A stretch of DNA of 64,000 nt from Octopus bimaculoides. Taxonomy: Eukaryota. This document shows, piece by piece, positions 52,007-64,000 of this stretch. Position numbers and translations under genes: made by a program. A model generated the notes under the pieces. It was not told where the DNA came from. It was given only the letters and a program-made list of their open reading frames with translations, and did not search any database. The stretch is from the NCBI RefSeq assembly GCF_001194135.2, contig NC_068981.1, forward strand, positions 160,480,654 to 160,544,653, given 5' to 3'. Within the stretch, counting starts at the first letter, position 1, and every line of letters begins with the position of its first letter.

Positions 52007-53987
52007 TATGAGTCTGCTGAAATGAATTGACAGGTTCGCATATAAAATCTCAAGATACATTTTTTCTCTCTCTCTCTTTGATGAAATTATGCTCGTGTAA
52101 CATAAATGCAAATTTAATGTTCAAATTTGTAATTGAATTATTGAGTATTAATTGAAACGGCTGTAAGAAGCGAAGGTGACCAATTTGTTAATTTTCTTTT
52201 CTTCTTTTAACTGGATATAAGCTATATGCTTAACATATACTTATTGTTTTAAGGGAATTTCATTCCCCAACAATACTAGGTATTGAACCAGTATTTCTTT
52301 GGATGCAACTATCCCTTCACAAGGTTAACATATCCTCTAATTGTGTGTGTGTGTTTATGTATATGTTTGACCCCCACCACTACTTGACAACCAGTGCTGG
52401 TGTGTTTACATTCCTGTAACTTAGTAGTTCTGCAAAAGAAGCGATAGAATAAGTACCAGGCTTTAAAAAAATAAGTACTGGAGTCAATTCATTGAACTGA
52501 AAATTCTTCAAGATGGTGCCCCAGCATGGCTGGAGTCTAATAACTGAAGCAATTAAGAAATAAAAGATATAGTATATTGGCACCTGTGGTGTCTAGGCAT
52601 TTATGTGACGATATCTTACTTTATGTCTATATCTCTATAGAGGAACATTAAAATTTCTGTTGTCCATAGCCATAGCTCTTTGAAACTCCTTTCAATGGTG
52701 CTAGGAGAGGTTGTTGTTTAGTCTCAGATCTGACTTGATTGAGCAAACCTATGCATTCCAATCATGACAATCACACTTTTTTTCCATACTGTGTGCATCC
52801 AGAATCATGTTATCCAATGTATATTTCTCCTTTTTAAGATGGATTTTAAGATTTGGCTTCTACTTTTAGCAGGTTGAAACCGTATAGGAGCTCCCTTATT
52901 TTTGACACAAGGCCAGCACTTTTGGAAGACAGAGTAAGTCCATTACATCGACCCCAGTGCTCAACTGATACTTATTTTATCAACCCTGCAAGAATGAAAG
53001 GCAAAGTCAACTGACGTAATTTGAACTCAGAACATTAAGACACATGAAATACCACTAAGCATTTTGCCCAGTGTGGTAACAATTCTGTCAGCTTGTAGCC
53101 TCCTCCTTGTCTTATATTGATATTACTCAGCTACAGTAAGATATTTGAGGTGAAAAAGCCAGTGGTTAGTTTTAATTATTCCCAACATATTCAATGTGCA
53201 TTTATGATATAAAACTAATTAGATGTTTTCAAGAATTAACATTTTTGTGGATTAGACACACTAATGTGTGCTTTCCTATTCTGGTGCAGATACCTTTGGA
53301 GAGGAGGAAATTATACATAGTTTTGTGTATAATGAGACCCTACTTAGGAAAATAATATTTTAAGGGTGATGCTTGATATATCAGTGAGAAGACCTGTCTC
53401 TTAGTTTTGTACTGAGAGGCCAGAGGAGATGTTGCACTTGGCAACTGTAAAAAAAGAAGTGATAGGCTGGGAGAGTTTATCAAAGGAATGTATTAATAGT
53501 AGTGGTGGTGGTGGCTGTGATGGTACTAGTGATGGTGGTGGTGGCTGTTATGGAAGTGGTGGTGGTGGTGGTGGCTGTTATGGAAGTGGTGGTGGTGGTG
53601 GTAAAATGGGTTTGTTTTGTTTATGTAGCAAATAATTAAAGGCAGAACAGAAGACAAATATGTTGGTTTTTTTCATTGGGTAGTGGAAAAAGGTTGTTTC
53701 ATACACGTCTGTATTTCATATTTTAGTCGATGTTTAACCTTGTTTTTAGATGTTTTTGTGGGGGTGTTATGTTGGAGATCACTAACATTTCACTTTCTGC
53801 TAATTTACTGGCCATTTCTTTGAAGAGTTTGATTCCATGTAGTTGAGGTTATTCATTCACTCCATCCCTTCCTGTACTGTCAGAGTTGGTTTACTTCAGT
53901 TGTAACAGATTATAACAGAATTAGTCATTCCATTATACTAAGAAACCAATTATCAAAATTTTAAATTCAGAATCCTTTTTTTTTAGT

Positions 53988-54079
<92 letters not shown>

Positions 54080-54458
54080 CCCTCTCTCTCTCTCTCCCCC
54101 CTCTCTCTCTCTCTCCCCCTCTCTCTCTCTCTCTCTCCTTCTGGTTTTTGACTTTCTTGAAGAAATGTTAATTGTCATAAAAATATTGGATAACTACATG
54201 TACATAAATGTCATAGTCATAAATATTTTGTCCTGTAAAATTAAGCTCCATAATTAGATGGAGGATATTTTTCAGCAATTTGGAATACAGATAAAAACTG
54301 ACTAGTTTCACAATTGTTATGACTCATCAGGACTTCCCACTCCATCCCAAATGCAGAGCTATGTATTAAAATGCAAACAAGACTGTGCTGGTCACAGCTT
54401 AATTATTTAATGTTACAAGGTTAATAGTCTAACATTAATTCCTGGATTGGGCAGCATA

Positions 54459-54676
54459 CAAGGGAGTGCTGAAAAGTTCCTGACTTTAAGGGTATTATGA
54501 AAAGCCTGGTTGGAGGCCCAACCTTCCCAGTTCTTTTTTCTGGGCTTAGAAAAACTGAAGTACCACTGCAATAAGTGTGTAAATCTGAGAGGGGAATATG
54601 TTGAATAAAATCATAATTAACTGATCTTCCTGTATTTTCTTTTACTCAAAGCCAGGAACTTTTCAGCACTCCTTCG
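54459..54676 (+). mobile_element. Tc1/mariner MITE, copy 2
   Basis: TA|caagggagtgctgaaaagttcctg...caggaacttttcagcactccttcg|TA. The interior encodes LEKLKYHCNKCVNLRGEYVE*, resembling the mariner transposase C-terminus. Confidence 0.85.
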
Positions 54677-57600
54677 TATAGTGTCCTCAAGCAAGGCTAT
54701 TTTTCTCTTCTTATGCTGCTCCAGTCTACTCACCTGAAATTAGTTCTGGTGTAGCCTTCTCTCCCTCCAGCTATTAGATCCTGGATACTACACTGGGGAA
54801 GTGTGGGAGAACCAAGAGGGTCTGTACCTGCTTGCAAGCACTTAAAAACAATTAGGGCATGGTACATGCTACCAAGTCATTCTCAGTTCTGAGTGATGAC
54901 CATAGATTAAACCAATACAGAAGAGGTTTTGAATAAATATTTATTTATGAGGTGCCATATCTATGTATTTAATGTTACTGTGAAATTAAGTCCAATGGTT
55001 ACACTAAAGGGAATACTTTTTCAGCTACTTGGAATGAGGACCAAACCAACTGGTTTCACCATCATTTTGGCTCATCAGTATTTGCTTACTCTCAAGGTGC
55101 TAAGTAACTAAAGGTTACTTATTAAATGTAAATAAAGGTTATCAGACACAACTAAGTTATATAAAATTGCAAAGTTTTGATTTTTTTCTGTAATTTCTTT
55201 ATTATTTTTATTTCTTTTTATTTCAATTTACAACCAGCTGATTTCAGGTTTGATCTTGTGGCAGAACACATTAGGCAAGTGTATTCTATCAAAGTCTTGT
55301 AATTGAAATTTGGCAGAGAAAAATTTGTGCAGAAGCCAATGGATGAACTAAGCACAGATAGCTTAATGGATCAGGTACCAAACATCTAGATGAGAAGCCA
55401 ACAGTTTATCTTGTCCATGGCATCTGCTATGTTTATGACACTTAAATCAAAATGGTCCGGTTCACCTGGCTATAAATAGGTAACAAGTTTAGTTATTTCC
55501 ATGGCAGAGGAAGATGATGGCAGATCGTCTTAGTAATGTGGTAGGAAATACTTTGGGGTATGGATATTCCATGAGGCCGTCAAAAGTCAAAATATCAGTT
55601 GACTGTTCCACCTCACTATATTCTTTCAAAGGTTAGGGAAGTAAAGTAGGGAACTGCTTTGAAACCAAGACAACAATATTCTTTTGATTCTGAGTTTTAG
55701 CAATTTAATTTCCCTTAGACTACTAATGTTCTCACCTCTCTTCTCCTCAAGGAAAAATATGCCTTTCACAATTTCTCTCCAGAAATGGATACTAGTTAAT
55801 CAGGGTTTGATTGATAGCTTTGATCATGGAAAGATAAGCAACTGACAGGGTTGGGATAAAACAGATATTTATTGCAAAATCTTTTATAATCATAAATCAG
55901 CATATTAAGTTTGCTTCTCAACCACATAGTTCCAGGTTCAGTCCCACTGCATGGCACTTTGTGCTAGTGTCTTTTTTATCGCCTCAGGCCTTTTGAATGA
56001 ATTTGGTTGATGGAAACTGAAAGATGTCCGTTGTATACATATATATGTGGGGTGGTAGTCTGTGTTTGTCCCCTACCACCACTTGACAATGGTGTTGGTG
56101 TGATTATGTCCCCAACAGTTTGGTAAAAGAGACCAGTAGAATAAGAACCAGGCTTAAAAGAACTAAGTACTGGGGTTGATACATTCAACTAAAATCCTCA
56201 AGGCAGTGCCCCAGCATGGGCACAGTCTAATGACTGAAACACATAAGATATTAAAGACAGAATTAGAAGAATGCTTTTTTTTTTTTCTTAACCTTAAATA
56301 CATTATCTATACTGAATATCTTTAAACAAGATGCATCATGGAAAATTGGCTGCTTGGTTTGTTGGCTGGTTGGTGGGGGTGCCCCCATTTTCCTACATAT
56401 TTCTGTTTCCATTTTTTACCATGTTTTTATTTTATGTCTCCTGATTACCACTTTTGTATATATGTAATTACACAAACAATTTAGTTGTGTGGCACTAACT
56501 TTTTTTTTTATGTTAAACATACACATAGTTTTGTACTTGTAATGGTTTCCAATTTGGAAAGTAATCATTTCCTGATATATTAAGTAAATAAGCAATCATG
56601 TAATTTGATATCAGTTATTATGCAAAACAAAACCCCTCAGCTACAAAATACAGTCATTAGTCTCCGTGTGAAGAGATTGTGTGTGTGTGTGTGTGTGCGT
56701 GTGTTGTGTTTTATTTATTTATTTTGGCTAATAATATCTGGGTTATTTGTTACATTTTGATGAAAATGATCTTTTTTTTTTTTTTAAACTCAGTACTAAT
56801 TGCAGATGCTATTAAAATATTATTTTGCAGATTCCCAATTTCTCCTTCCTACCATGCATTTTACTTTGCAACTATTTTGTTTCCTATCATATTATTAGCT
56901 TGATAGTTTTTGTATTGTTGAAATTTCATTTGTTTAGTTATGTGTATATATATTTGGTTGTCAAATCGTTTTGCTTCTTACTTTCCCTTGGGAATTCTCG
57001 GCTAATTTAATATGTGCTTAATAAGTAAATATATTAAGTGCTATCATTGTCAAATGTTTATTATAATCTAAAGTAGGTGCTACTTTATCTTGTGCATGCA
57101 TGGAATGAGAATGCTATTTTGTCAAAATAAATATTTCCCATACATTATCTTAATTACTTTTAGGAGTCACTGGTTGCCAATACAAATTAATCTTCAGTGA
57201 GAATATATTAGTTGAATGTTTCTACACATACAGGCATTTTATTTACCAATGCAATGCCTGTTCTTTAGTCTTCATCTAATTCCTACAGATATTTCAGTAA
57301 AAGCTATTCTTAAATCTCTATTAATGAAACCCATTCCAGGAAAATTAGGATTTAAAAAATGCCAAGTTGCTACCTTCTTATGTATGAAAATAAAGTTATT
57401 GTGTTTGAGATTTGGTTTAGTTGTTGAGGGTGTATTGTTTTTGTAAGAAGTATTTTGACAGATATTTTTAGCTGTTTATTAATTTATATAAAATAAAGAG
57501 ACAGTGAAATCCTTTTTAATGAGTTCTTCGGCAGAATGAAACATTTATTATCATTCCAAAGACTATATTTTCAGTTTAATTTATGCTACATTCCAAGGAA

Positions 57601-58449
57601 TGTAAAGACATTACAAAAGATTTAATAGAAAAGAAAGTCATGTTAAATCATTCTGTTAGAAAGCTACTAAACTAGTTACTCATTCTGTGGATGTCTTTTC
57701 ACCCACTGGGGTGCTTTCAGATTCATACAGAGCAAGTAGGGCAAGATAACCTGGCAGATCCCATCCTTTTGCAGGCTGTACTGAAGAAACGATGTGAAGT
57801 CAGTATTTAAAGCCAATAAAATACGTTCTCCTTTATAGCTTACCCTCTCAACTTATGGAGATGAACTGCACCTTCTTAATGTACCAATTTACATCTAGGT
57901 GTACTAGGCTTTGAAAGTTTAAGTATTTTACCTTGGGATATAAGTATGAACCCTTTGACTGATCAGCCAACTCCTAAACACACCAACATCGGTTGTCAGG
58001 AGATGGTGGGGGGGACAAACATACACACACACACGCGCACATATATATGATGGGCTTCTTTCGGTTTCCATCTACTAAATCCACTCACAAGGCTTTGGTT
58101 GTCCCAAGACTATAGTAGAAGACACTTGCCCAAGATGCCGCGCAGTGGGACTGGACCCAGAACCATGTGGTTGGGAAACAAGCTTCTTACCACACAACCA
58201 CACCTGCACCTGGTTTTTATACTTTTCTTTTTTAAAGATGAGATGTATTTCAATGTGTTTATTCAGTGATTAATGAGCAATGTAATAATATTAAATTACT
58301 ACTAAGCTAATCAGCATATTCTCTTATGTCCAAAGGCTTTGTTAGGGATTTTGAAACACCTGAACTGAATCAGTAGCTTCATTCCCTTTTGGATTTACTA
58401 TTCAGTTCAGTCCAGGTCAACCCTTAGGGAGCAGACTTATAATCTAAAG

Positions 58450-58881
58450 CAGTAGTTCTTAACTTTTTTTTTTTTTTGCAGTGCCCCCACTTTTAAGTAG
58501 TTGTTATGCCTAGCACCAACCTAAGTGGCAAGTGAGGTATCATGACTAAACTAACTTAACATAGATGATAATATATAAATTTTACTCAAAAAATGGATTG
58601 TATAAGCTTTTAACAGTGAGATAATAAAAAAATAGATAAAAAGTTGTAAATTTACTTTATACATTGCAAGTTAATGCTTTCCCTGTGCCTGATGAGATCT
58701 CATTTTATTTTCTAACCATTACTAGTTTTATCATATGTAATGTAATTGCTACTATAGGTAAAATTTAGTATGTTAATTATGTTAGTCCACTGCTCCCCTC
58801 ACCATCCCCTAAAGCCTAACAAGCCCTTCAACATGCCCAGCACCCCCTTGGAGAAAGTTCCGCCCACACTGAGAACCTCTG
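58450..58881. mobile_element. hAT-Charlie-type MITE (432 bp) inserted in an older repeat
   Basis: Termini cagtagttcttaa and tgagaacctctg; 8-bp TSD ATCTAAAG/GTCTAAAG (7/8). Confidence 0.8.
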
Positions 58882-61567
58882 GTCTAAAGCATTCTGACCA
58901 TGTCCGTCCTGTCCTTCTATGAATATTCTGGACTATATTCTCTAATGTATCTTTTTCTTTCTCTTAGAAAGTGGAATACGATTTGAGGGAGATTTATTTG
59001 CTATTTCTAGCAGGTCAAGCAACCATGTAGACACTCTTTTATTGGCTCACTTTGACGCATGTTGTAGTTGATAGCAGTATGTTTAGTTGAGTGAAAGCAT
59101 AGGAGTAAGCAATAGTCTATGATACAAGTAATACAGTACCACTATCCTGTATAAATGTATCCTTCCTATTATAACACAGCAGGATGTAGTCTGAGGGAGT
59201 TTTGGTGTATTTCTAGCAGGTTGAGCAACCATGTAGCACAGCAGTTCCTAACCTTTAACATAGCAAATTATTAATCTCCCACCACCCTATGAGAAAAATT
59301 TAGCTTTATTGTATTATAGGTACTGAAAATGCTATATTTGGTTGATCAGTGACTTTCACTGATAAATCTCTGGAACATAAATATTATCAAAATAGATTCA
59401 ATATTTAGAGCGAGCTCTTGATGTAGACTATGAAAAACTTCAATATATATTTATTTATAGTCAAAAAAAAAATAAGGAGTCACTTATCAAAAATGATGGC
59501 AGGGAAAAATTATATATCGAAGTGAAAACTCAAAACTCTTGATCTAACTTATCCATACATCCCTCTCTATTTATGATTTATAGTTAAAGAAAGAAAACAT
59601 TCATGTTTCATTCATTCATTTTATTTGAAAATCTATTGTGGCCTATAGCATTTTCATTAAATCAATATAACCTTTTTTTTTCTAAGTTCTATAACCTTGT
59701 TTAGAGTAAAGCTTTCATAATTCAATAATTAGGATCTTTACTGAACTGAATAAATTTAAACTATGTTGCTTTCACTGTGTGATGAGTTTCTTCATCTGCA
59801 AATTTTTTTTAAAATTATGCTGTTTATTATTATTATTATCATCATCATCACTATAATCATCATCATCATCATCACTATAATCATCATCATCATCATCTGT
59901 AAGGGAAAAAATAACGGAAAGGAACACCTGCTATTTTAGAAACTGAACATAAACATGATGACAGATGTAAAATGTAAATCTCTTTACTTCAACTACTGAA
60001 GTGAACTGACAGTAACAATTCAGTTTGTATTCTTAAACAAACATCACTATAATTGAATATTGAAGCAATTCAAAAGCCTTTTCTATCAGTTACCTCGACC
60101 TTTTTAGGGAAGTATTTCTCTTCTTTTTTTTTTAATTCACACCAAACTGATATAATGACATAATATGACTTGCACATAGAAATTTTAATTAGTTTGGTTG
60201 CTTTGGAATTTTATTGTTTATCGTAAATCAATACTCTTAGATTTAGTTTACTTTGTTCCTGTCATGATAGATATTTATATTTTGATAATTATTTTCTTTA
60301 TTCATGTATGGTATTTTATCCATAATCATGATAGCCAAACAATAGATTCTCACTGTCTTTTATAGTATTTGGGAAATTGCAATTAACATTAGCAAATAAC
60401 TATTGTCAAAGTTCTCGGTTTCTTGTTATACCTGTTATTCTTTGTCACTTTCTGTTTGACTCCACTATTCTGAAGAAAATCAACTTAAATCTATTAAAAA
60501 ATATGCTAATTAACTTACAAATTGGTATCCATAATTTTATAATCATCATGCTATATTTAGGGTTAAGAGATTTTTGACAGGGTTTGATAAACTTTATTTG
60601 CAATATTTTACAAAACATAAGGCTTTTGCTGTGCAACTCCAGTTATGCTTTGATCAAACACTTAGGCCCATCGATTGCCAGCTGAGTGACTGTGCAAAAG
60701 CCACAGATTTGTAGTTCCGGATCTATCATACCTCTGCTTAGCTACCAATCACAATGCACACTCAAATATACAGTGATAAATTGTACAGGATGCAGTATGT
60801 CAGTGCAAGGATGTTAAATTCTCTGTTTCTCTGCACTGTCCAATCTATTTCAATACACAATGCTTATTATCAGTGTTCAAAACTTTCCTGGAACAACTAG
60901 ATATATTTTAAGTATTCAGTATCCTTGATATGCAAATAAACTGGCTAGATCTTGTGTTACAAAATATATTCATTGTTTTTCTAAGATTTCATGAAGATCA
61001 TAAATTCAAAATTTATACTGGAAAGTCTATTCTTATTTTTAAGGAATATTTAAATACTTTTCTATTGTTAATTTATATCTGGATTTTTGTATGGTTATAG
61101 TGAGTCGATTTTTTTTTTTTTAAATCTTTCACTGAATTTTTTTTATATATGATGGCATTCCTCTTTAACTTTAAAATACTGCATTTTTAAAAATGCAACA
61201 CATATTTAACATAAAAGTGTTTTGTCTTGAATGCATTTTATTTACATTAAATTTACATGGCTTAGCAGCTACACCTTTAATTTTCTTTTTATATGAATCT
61301 TTAAAATGTTAAATATCTGGCAGCTACTTGTGCATGGTACTTAGCGGATGTTTGATGAATTTCAATGATACTTAAAAATGTGGCATTTATCAGAATGAAT
61401 AAGTCTCATTATTTTTTTTAATGAAAACCAGATGTCTCTAGTTGCTATGTTTATAACTGAGATTTAGATAAGTTTTTCACTGATAGAAGTAAATTTTCTG
61501 ATAAGTATCTCAACAGTTTTCTTAACATTACATTTCCCTCTACTATCATTTCACTAATTATCTTATG

Positions 61568-61600
<33 letters not shown>

Positions 61601-61735
61601 ATATCCAACTTGATTTTCATATTTGATCAAATGGTTTTTATAAATTTTCATTCCGGAATGTATTTTTAATTAAAAAAATAGCTTCAACAACCAGGTGTCA
61701 GTAATTTTTGATGTTTTGATTTCCTGCCCCTCTCT

Positions 61736-61782
<47 letters not shown>

Positions 61783-61822
61783 CTCTTCCTCTTTCTCCCT
61801 CCCCTCTTCCTCTCTCTATTCC

Positions 61823-61863
<41 letters not shown>

Positions 61864-62519
61864 TCTAGTTTATTTTTTAAACCTAGTGAGCTCTTGCTTT
61901 ATATATTTTCATTTTATTTAGTTATGTTATCAGGAAATGTATGTATACATTGCATGTGTTATAAGACAACACTACACTAAGTTATATAAAGAAATAAAAT
62001 GATAAAGGATAATCAAGTTGAGAAAAACTATGTGATTTGGATCGTTTTGATAATACTTCTTTAAATTTATTAACATTTTGTTGTTTGCATAACTCTTTAA
62101 ACCTTGACTCTGAGATATCTTCCAAAATCTAAAAGTGTGAAATGTCTTAGAACTTAAAAGGTTAAAGCATGACTGATTCATGAATATCTAATAAAAATCT
62201 ATATTGTTGTCAGTGGTATTCATTCCACATGTTTTGAACCTCTACTTGGTCATTGAGTTGCTAAAACTAGCAGCCAAATTCCCTCAATTATACCCTACAG
62301 TCTAAAAAACAAAGGCCACATGGAACAATGTTGTCCTAGATACAAAATAAGAATGGGAGGATAGTCAAAGCCAGAATATTTTTGATTATATGTTTGCTCA
62401 ACAATAATGTTAGCTCATTACTAAAGAATTATTTGCAAATATAAATGTTCTTTAGAGTAATACACATTACACTAGATTACAGACTGTGAGTGTACTAGAT
62501 ATTGACTCTCTTATATAGC

Positions 62520-63715
62520 TGATTGTATCACTAGAAGTAGTGGTAGCTTCTGTTACCTGGATGACATATTTATCAGGTGAAGTGAGTATTCAAAAAGTAT
62601 AATAATCAATGTAAGAATGAGTTGATAGCATTCAGGGAGCTATTACCTCTACTGGCAACAAAAATCTTCTCCTTCAGACTGAAGGGCAGATTATATGATG
62701 CTTGTTTTAGAAGATGGTGGTGAGATGTAGGCCTTAAGTGCAGAAGACCTACAAAAGCTTGAAAGAAGCGAAGCAAGATGGATGTGTATTGTTGGTGTGC
62801 AGTTAACTCTCCGTCTCCTCTGAACTACACCTTAGGTCTCCCATACCTTCTTTAACACCTCTCATTTCTGCTGTCATTCTCAACATCCTCTCATGTCCAC
62901 CATGGATGCCCCCTCTCCCATTTGTCACTATAGCTACCCTTATGTACCTCTGATCTCCATCTCTGTCACTGTACATCAATCATCCTTGCCCACTCATGTC
63001 CTGTGCCTCATCTCCCTACTTTCTGATCTATCTAAAGGTTTATGAGACAGATACTCTCTTCTCTTCCTTTGCTGTCACTTATCACCCCATCCTTCCTAAG
63101 CCATTTCTATTCTCATATCATCTCCCCTCCATACTGATATTTACCAACAATGATCCCTCCACCCTTGTTCATCACTTAGTACATTCAATCTTACCCCCTC
63201 TCTAACCATCTGTCACCCTCCTCTTATGAAATTACTCACATTCTTGTACTTGAGAGTATTCTCTGGCATCCCATCACCACCATCTTATTTCCTTTTCATC
63301 CATTCCCACCTAACCTTATATAATGCAAGGTAGCCTTGTATCTTCTCCATAGTAAGACACCTGTATTTCTCCCTCTATCGTACTTTAGTCTCTCAACACC
63401 TGGCATAAAGCCATCTCTCCTTTCTCCTTTCTCAAATACACTCCCACTCAGTCAAAGGGGCTTTTATCTTTTCTTATCTTATAAGTTACTTGGCAACTTT
63501 AAAAGTGCCAGTGTCATGAAAAAAAGCATCCTGTATATACTGTAAAGTTGTTGGCATCAGGAAGAGCATCCAGCCATAGAAGCCAAACTAAAGGTGACTT
63601 TGGAATTCAGTGCAGTCCTTCTGTTTTTACGGTCCTGTCGAATCATCCAATCTCTGCTAGCATGGAAAACAGATGTTTGATGATGGTGGTGGTGGTGGCG
63701 GTGGCGGTGGTGGTG
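62520..63715 (+). mobile_element. RTE LINE remnant with a long pyrimidine-rich segment and tail
   Basis: gaagggcagattatatgatg is homologous to the 24.6 kb copy. A CT-rich block follows, then cctggcataaagc and the tail gcatggaaaacagatgtttgatgatgg, the same layout as 10950-12210. Confidence 0.7.
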
Positions 63716-63954
63716 GTGTGTGTGTGTTTGCATAGTTCCTTTCTTTGGACTGTATGCCTTAGGTTTCCAAGAGCACTTTGTAAAGTGGTTGGTAATAGGA
63801 AGGGCGTCCAACAATGTAGACCAAGGTAGAATGAATTAATTGTACAAACACTACAAGCAATAACTGCCAATAAGAAATGACACCAACTGTGACATCTTGT
63901 CCAAGCCTTGCTACCATGAAAAGCTGATGTAAAATGATGATGATTATGATGATT

Positions 63955-64000
<46 letters not shown>

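Noticed and set aside
53429-53635. Gly-rich ORF (GGGGCYGS repeats) resembling a structural protein
   Set aside because: It is a compound (GGT)n microsatellite of 68 codons with no signal peptide or convincing splice context.
54728-54743. Minus-strand tttcAG|GTGAGT, a recursive-splice-site-like motif
   Set aside because: It is on the strand opposite the long ASCC3 intron and ~35 kb from the nested gene. No equally strong + strand site was found.
60560-60900. Repeat-free segment with a CCAAT-like motif as a possible regulatory element
   Set aside because: Nothing beyond a common short motif; not supportable without conservation data.

Overview
AT-rich, repeat- and microsatellite-rich animal genomic DNA with three N gaps. 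The repeat style suggests a coleoid cephalopod, probably Octopus (inference). The + strand carries one 126-nt coding exon of the helicase ASCC3 (4813-4938). I found no further ASCC3 exon, so the rest of the window appears to be one intron of at least ~59 kb unless an exon lies in a gap. Inside that intron, on the opposite strand, is a compact six-coding-exon gene (CDS 14951->10571, 1083 nt, 360 aa). It encodes a type I membrane protein: signal peptide, SUEL/rhamnose-binding-lectin-like domain, CUB domain, Pro/Thr-rich stalk, transmembrane helix and short tail. All splice sites are GT-AG and the spliced frame is open. The remainder is decayed LINEs (CR1/L2 group, RTE), several tRNA-derived SINE families, hAT and mariner MITEs, two long palindromes, a repeat with a hammerhead-ribozyme-like motif, and microsatellites. 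No CRISPR array, rRNA or genuine tRNA gene is supported. Exon, TSD and gap coordinates were counted base by base. Other repeat boundaries are approximate, and family names come from recalled motifs, not database searches.
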